A DNA stretch of 41,512 nucleotides, from assembly GCA_010015805.1 (NCBI GenBank), contig ML978148.1, positions 1 through 41,512 on the forward strand, read 5' to 3'. The number at the start of each line of letters is the position of its first letter. Position 1 is the first letter of the stretch. Made by a program: the position numbers and the translations under genes. Below are positions 35,616 to 41,512 of the stretch, piece after piece. Below the pieces are notes generated by a model, which was not told the origin of the DNA, made no database searches, and saw nothing but the letters and a program-made list of their open reading frames with translations. The DNA comes from Rhizodiscina lignyota (lineage: Eukaryota).

Positions 35616-38600
35616 ATAGCAGGTTTTAGCGATTATTTCGAGCATTTACCGCAGTACAAGGCGATTATTTACAGGAGGTACAGGTACGCTGTCATTAGGA
35701 GTAGTATAGGTTTACATTTAAGCTAGAAGTATAAGAGCGAGTTAACGGTAGACGCGCGTAGGGCGATTGTAGCGGAGGCGAGTAGTATTATAGTAGAAGA
35801 CATTATAGTCACGCGCGAGGAGGTCTAGTATCTAGAGCCTACGTTAGCGCTATTAGCTAGTTTGTAGTTATAGGACGATAGTTATTAGTATGACGAGTAT
35901 AGACATATACGCCGTACGCGGGAGGACATATAGAAGTATTATAGGCGAGAGTATAGGTAGGCGAATAGGCATAGCCGTAGTAGGGCGACGAGGTTAGCTA
36001 TTATAGAGGCGTGAGAGTATAAGATGTAGACGGCGGGCGTGTATTACTAGCAGTTTTTCAGGATAGGAGGGTAGTAGCGGTTGTTTAAGGTAATAGTAAG
36101 GCTAGGGGGTAAGGGTAAGGGTAAAGGAGATAAAGGAGAAAGTACAGTTAATAGGGATAAGTAGATACAGCGCGTTACAAGGCGGTAGATAGAGAGGGTT
36201 TTCATGTTAGTAGACAAGTAGTTAAAGCGAGAGGCTAAGGAGGAGAGGGCGATAGTCTAGGCTAACACGAATAGATACGTACTATAGACGTAGTTAAGGA
36301 GGGCGGGATAGGCGAGGTATTTAGAGGGGTTTAACTATAGGTAGTTAGTCGAGATAGCGGAGATACTAGTAGACAGAGATAGGAGCGACAGCGATAGTAA
36401 TAGTAGTAGTAGCGACGATAGCAGCGACGATAGTAGTAGCGAAAGTAGTAACAGCGAAAGTAATAGTAAAAGTAATAGCGAAAGTAGTAGTATAATAGAT
36501 ACGAGAAGAGAGTAGGAGTTAGTTAGGGTGTATAATATAGTATAGATAGTTATTTAGGAGGCGTAAAAGGCAGCATAGCCAGAAGTTGTAGGTTTTACAG
36601 CTACATGTTATATAAATAGGAGAGAGACGGGCGAGATATCGAATAAGAAGCCGTTAAACGTAAGGTAGTAGGGTAAGACGATTAAGAGATACGCTAAGGT
36701 TTAGTATAAGGTAGTTTGTTATATTTAGAGGACGTAGGGTTTGTTAGAGGCGATAAAAGGGGGGAGGGGGAGAAGGAGTAGTAGGAGTAGTAGTAGTAGT
36801 AACGGTAATAGCAGGTCGGGGGACGCGTCGACAGGGCTAGTAGAAGAGGATTTAGAGAAAGATTTAGAAAGGGATTTAGGGTTAGATAAAGAGATGTGTA
36901 TAGAGATTAAAAGGGCTAGGCGAGAGGGAAGAAGGTAAGGAGGGAGGGATAGGAGAGAAGAGGCAGAAAATAGTATTAGGTAGAAAAGACCGCCGTATAG
37001 ATTAACTAGTAGATAGGTTAGAGTATTAATACAGGTTAGACAGGCTATTAGGCGTAAAGAGGAGCAGGGTAAGAAGGTATAGGGGCGGGGGTAAGAGTAG
37101 GAGTAAGAGTAGGAGTAAGGAGAGGAAGAGAAGGGAGGAGATAAAGAAGATAGTAAGGTAGAAGCGGTAATATTAGAGTTTTTAATCGTATTATTAGACT
37201 ATAACGTGTAGGACGACGTATATATAAATAGCATTATTAGCGGATTGGCGGTTTTAGGGTTGGATGAGGATTGCGCGTGGAAAGGGCCGTCCAGGGCGAC
37301 GCGAGCATTGTCAGCGGTCGTCACAGTCGCCAGGATGTTGGTTTTATACCGCGCGAAGTTGATGAGGGAAGCAGCAATTAAAGAGATGAGGGAAGAGCAA
37401 GGTTTCAGCCGGGCAGAGGCATCAAAGAAGGCGCCGACCCATTTCCAGTTAGCGTAGGAGATAGTATACAGGTTTATAACATTAACCGTATTTAGTAGTA
37501 AGCTAACGCTAATAAATTAGGTTTTAATGTTAAGGATGTACGGGTTAAAGGTACATTATAGCACAGTAGCAGACAGAGTAGTAGATTAGGTCAGCGACAG
37601 GTTGTTGTACAGCTATATTAGTTTTAGCATACCGGATTTACAGGCGATAATCTATAGGTTAGTATACGCGTCGTAGTTAAGGTTTAAGAGGAGGTTATTA
37701 TTATTGCATGTCAACGATAAGGGCCGGCCTAATAGCGCGGATACGACGATGTAGTTACTACTAGTAAAGATAGACTAGATAGTAGATAATATAGTAGAGA
37801 TAAGGGTTAGGTAGAGTTTCGTAGACGACGGGCGGAATAGAGAGGCGTTTAGTAGCGTCGATAGTAGTAAGTAGATAGTAGACAGAGTTATAGGGGAGCG
37901 GTAGTTACGTAAGGAGTTTGTCGATGCTAAGGCTACGCACGATATAATCTATAGAAGCTAGTAGTAGTAGCAGCGGCGGCGGTAGCAGAATAGTAGCGAT
38001 CTAGTTGTATAGAAGAAAGATAGGATCTAGTAGTATAAGAAGGATTTAGACGCGTATAGGCAGGATTTATTGGTATTAATACATATAACGGGAGGACAGC
38101 CGGCTAAGGGCATAGAGATTGTTATAGTATAGTATAAGAACGGCGCGGACGGCGCGGGCAGAGGTATTTTCGTAGAGGATAGGATGGTAGTATACGTAGT
38201 ATAGTACTACAAGGGCGTAGGGTTTAGTAGTAGGGAGAAGGTAATCTACCGGTATTTGCTACACGAGGTCGGGTCGTTATTATTATACGATTTATAGTTA
38301 GTAAGGCTGTTTTAGGATAGGTTAGAGAGTATTTCCACCGTTATATCGATAGCGGCGGCGGTAGCGGCGGCGGTAGAGGTTAAAAGAGATGGTAGCAGCA
38401 ATATTACTAGCAACAATAGTAGAAATATCGCTAGTAGTAGTAGAAGCGGCTATAGCCCGTTTTTATAGGAGCTAAAGCTAGAATAGGCGTAGTAGGGCCT
38501 AAAGATAAGAGGGAGAAGACAGTAAGGAGGAGGAGGAGGAGGAGGAGAAAGGGATAATAGAAAGGATAGATAGTAGCTACTATTGATAAAGACAGTGTAT

Positions 38601-41315
38601 TAGGATACAGATAGGGTTAGAAAGGCGATCTAGAAGGCTAGCATAATATATTTAGGGGTAAGGATAAACATTATATGTTAGAGGCATAGTAGCAAGGCGA
38701 TTTATAGGCAGTATATTAATAATAAGGCTATTATCCAAGCTATTACGAGAGGAGATAAGGACGGTAGGTAGTAAGAAGAGGACGAGGAGGGGGAGGGGCA
38801 GCATATTAACGGGTTTAATTAGAGAGAGGTCGGATTCTATTTATAGACAGGCTATAGCGCGTAAATAGGGGAGGGCATATATAGTAGGGGCGTCGATAAG
38901 TCGCTGTTCTATACTATAGCGCAGCAGGTCATATTTTAAAAGGTTAGTAAGGAGTAGTATAAGTTTTTAATATTCGAATCGGCGTTATAAGAGCCGGCTA
39001 AGCAGGGTTTAGTAGCGGCCCGTAAGAGGTAGTAGGTAGAGGAAGAAGAGTTTAGAAGGTAAGTAGTAATACGGAAGATAGATATAAGGAAGTAGTTGCG
39101 GAAGTTAGTCGGGCTAGACGTAGAGTTTAGAGGGTTGTAGGAGCTAGCGATTAAGGCGATTATATAGTAGAGAAGCCCGGTAGTAGCGATTATAGCGATA
39201 GGAGAGGGTAAGAGTTTGTTATTTATATTACTAGCGTTTTATTCTACAGGTATAATAGTAGTAGTAGTACTATTAATCATATTAAGGCAGGATATAGCGG
39301 CTAGATATAAGGTAGTAGGGATAGAGTGCATAGAGTAGAGTAGCGTGAGGCTATATAAGTAGGCGTCGATCGTATTCGTAACGCCGGAGTCGGTAGTAGG
39401 CGTAGCGTTTAGCCAGTTTTTAAACAGGCAGAGGGCGATAGGCTAGTTAGATTAGGTAGTAATTAACAAGTGCTACGTAGTATTAGATTCGAGCGAGGGG
39501 GGCGGGTAGAAGAGTCGGGTTTTACGGTTAAGGGAGTTAATCGGGGTAGAGACACAGATAGTATTTTTAAAGGCGATATTACTACTAGTAGACAAGCTAG
39601 AGTTTAAAAGATTAATAGGGTTTAGCGGTAGTAATAGTAAGAAGAGAGGCGGTAGTAGTAGTAGTAGTAGTAGGGAGAGTAATAGTAGTAGTAATAGAGA
39701 GAGTAGTAGTAGTAGTAAAAGAGAGAGTATAGAGGGAGAGGGAGAGGGAGAGGGAGAGGAAGAGGGAGAGTATTAGTTTAGGGCGCCGACTACAAAGAAG
39801 AATATTAAATACTAGGTAATTTTTTATAGCCAGGCGGAAGAGGAGAAGACAGTAGTTAGATTAGTAGAGGAGAAGAGGGCGTAGTATACGATACTAGGCT
39901 AGATTATAGTATATTATAACACAGTTAAGAAGACAGAGAGGTTAGTAAAAGTTTTAGGGTATAAGTATTTCTATAGAGTAGTAGGCGGTAAAGAAGAAAA
40001 GGCGAAGTTGTTATAGGTATTAAAAGAAGGCACAGAGTAGGTTTTCACGGCGATAAACGCGTTAGGATTAGGAGTTAATGCGCTGACGATTAGGGTAGTT
40101 ATATACGTAGGCAGGGTAAGGAAGTTAAGGAGTTTCATATAGGAGAGTAGTAGGGTAGGTAGGGATAGGAGGGCGTGCGAGTCGATCGTATTACAGGCGG
40201 TTAAGGTCGATTAGAGGACGGGCGAGGTTATATAGGAGGATAGGAGCTAGTAGGGGATAGAGGATAATATAATAGAGTTTATAGATTCGTAGGGCAATAG
40301 CTAGTATAGGAGGGTAGTATTAGACAGGGTAATAGACGGTAGGAGGGACAGGGAGAGGTATAAGGAGGGAGAGAAGGTGTGTAATATATATTACAGGAGG
40401 CGATTATAGAAGGGAGAAGGGTAGTTATAGGGGGAGAGATTATAGTAGCAGACGAGATTGTAGCAGGCGGAGGGATTATAGTAGCAAAAGGGATTATAGT
40501 AGGCAGAGGGATTGTAGCAGGCGGAATTGCAGTAGGTAGAATTATAGCAGGCGTATATACACAGCTAGAGCAGGTAGAGTAAGGGGAGAGGGAGAAAAAG
40601 GGTTATTAATAAGAATAGCGATAATAGTAGGGATAGAAGTAAGGACAAGAGGGAAAGGTAAGAGTTAAGAATAGAGTTTAATAGGGAGATAACAAGGCGT
40701 AGGGCTAGAGCAAAGGGTAAGAGGGTATTATAACAAGAATAGATAATTATAGAGTAGAGGTTAGAGGATATATTAGAGGAGTAGCGCGCGGGTTATATAT
40801 ATTATTATGCGATAGGTAATAGGGCGTACGTAGGGCACGAGTTCGAGGAGTGTTTAAGGGTAGGAAGTAAGGTTAACGTAGAGATGTTTAGAGAGGTAGT
40901 TAGGGAGGTTAAGGAGGGCGTTAAGTAGTAGAGGTTTACGGGTTGTTAGGGTTACAGGGTACTATAGGGGGTTTATAGGACGTAGGAGTTAAATAAGGCG
41001 AATAGTAGGTAGAAGTAGCGAAGGCAAGGGGTTTTCTAGTACTAGCATAAGAAAAGAGTATTAATCGAGGCGGTAGTAGCGTTGTAGTACGTAAAAGAGG
41101 AGGAGTTTAAGGGGTAGGTAAGAGGGGAGAGGGGGTAGGAGCGGGAGTTTTTTAACAATAAAGGTAGGAGGGGTAAGGATATAGATGTTAAGGTTAGTAA
41201 TAACGACGATTTAAGGGGGTTTAAGAGGTCGTTAGTTAAGTGGTTAGGGTTTAAGGAGATAGTAGGCGGGTTTAAGAGCAACAACGCGTGTAAGGTGTTA
41301 ATTCGATTTAGGTAG
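35616..41315 (+). pseudogene. ~1,900-codon DUF3505-YR-like-RecQ helicase polyprotein, RIP-inactivated
   Basis: All motifs sit in one frame (codon start mod 3 = 0): AIIYRRYRYAV (CxxC-YAV, ~35662); GLAVLG...LSAVVTVARMLV (37242-37345); TGGQPAKGIEI (38088-38120); Walker A IGEGKSLLFILL (39198-39233); NKCY = DECH (39465-39476); AINALGLGVN (motif V, ~40050-40079); *ESSRVGRD = QESGRAGRD (40140-40166); RecQ Zn-site YRRVVLDRVID...CNIYY; C-terminal WLGFKEIVGGFKSNNACKVL. Confidence 0.85.
40437..40553 (+). repeat. Imperfect 18-bp coding tandem repeat, (G/R)LQQ(A/Q)E after de-RIP, 5 full + 2 partial units
   Basis: Units AGATTATAGTAGCAGACG / AGATTGTAGCAGGCGGAG / GGATTATAGTAGCAAAAG / GGATTATAGTAGGCAGAG / GGATTGTAGCAGGCGGAA, in frame with the large ORF. 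Confidence 0.8.
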
Positions 41316-41429
41316 CAGCGTTTGTTTGTTTATTAATTGTTAGATTAAGCAGGCGAATTTAAGGCGATTCTAGGGCAGTTTTCGAGCATGAATTCGAGAT
41401 AGCGCTAGTTACGTAGGGAGTGTCGGCGG

Positions 41430-41512
41430 TAGGAGAGAAGGGGGCGATCTAATAGGTATTTGCCGCGCGAGGTAGGCGAGTTATTATAGTACGATTTGAG
41501 GTTAGTAAGGCT
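41430..41512 (+). pseudogene. Fragment of a second recombinase-like domain homologous to 38235-38310
   Basis: 41454-41510 translates RYLPREVGELL*YDLRLVR, compared with RYLLHEVGSLLLYDL*LVR at 38250-38306. Confidence 0.65.

Larger units (their letters stand above)
34935..41340 (+). mobile_element. RIP-mutated DUF3505 / tyrosine-recombinase-like / RecQ helicase element (TLH-like, copy B); boundaries approximate
   Basis: Composition switches at ~34935 to a purine-rich + strand. Short direct repeats lie at the left end, followed by one long frame carrying all the domains (see the pseudogene feature). RIP implies the sequence was repeated. Confidence 0.7.
30170..41512. repeat. RIP-affected TpA-rich block of degenerate elements and pseudogenes
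   Basis: Strong TpA excess, CpA/TpG depletion, and dense TAG/TAA stops at W/Q positions in otherwise recognisable reading frames. The ORF track is almost empty here. Confidence 0.92.

Noticed and set aside
40437..40553. CRISPR-like array
   Set aside because: Eukaryotic context and contiguous coding 18-mers without unique spacers.
35317..41284. Minus-strand ORFs 35317-35553 and 41042-41284
   Set aside because: L/P/S/Y-rich antisense shadows of the purine-rich RIPped element.
35616..41315. Interpretation as a Starship captain (DUF3435), a Helitron, or the host SGS1/RecQ gene
   Set aside because: The YR-like domain is fused to DUF3505 and an SF2 RecQ helicase, unlike captains. No HUH Rep or PIF1 (SF1) motifs are seen, unlike Helitrons. 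No HRDC-type host architecture is seen, and the sequence is RIPped and repeat-like.

Overview
Filamentous ascomycete (Pezizomycotina) genomic DNA. A ~29 kb GC-balanced, intron-containing gene island (~1.3-29.8 kb) holds 13 genes: a C2H2-like zinc-finger protein, STF2-like protein, EFM6-like methyltransferase, GNAT acetyltransferase, Axl2-like Ig-repeat membrane protein, two-domain amidohydrolase, GT8-like protein, Ku70, ferrochelatase, two MFS transporters, a 2xRRM protein and a SnoaL-like protein. The island is flanked by TpA-rich, RIP-mutated DNA. On the left (1-1208) is the 3' end of a hAT DNA transposon. On the right (~30.2-41.5 kb) are a RIP-destroyed HET-type gene remnant, a truncated DUF3505-type ORF, and one ~1,900-codon RIP-riddled reading frame (35616-41315). 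Read by hand through its RIP stops, that frame joins an N-terminal DUF3505-like zinc-finger region, a tyrosine-recombinase-like catalytic signature, a RecQ-type SF2 helicase and a C-terminal Cys cluster. It is a candidate recombinase-helicase mobile element, apparently nested in a relative. All calls come from manual translation and motif recognition; no database searches were run.
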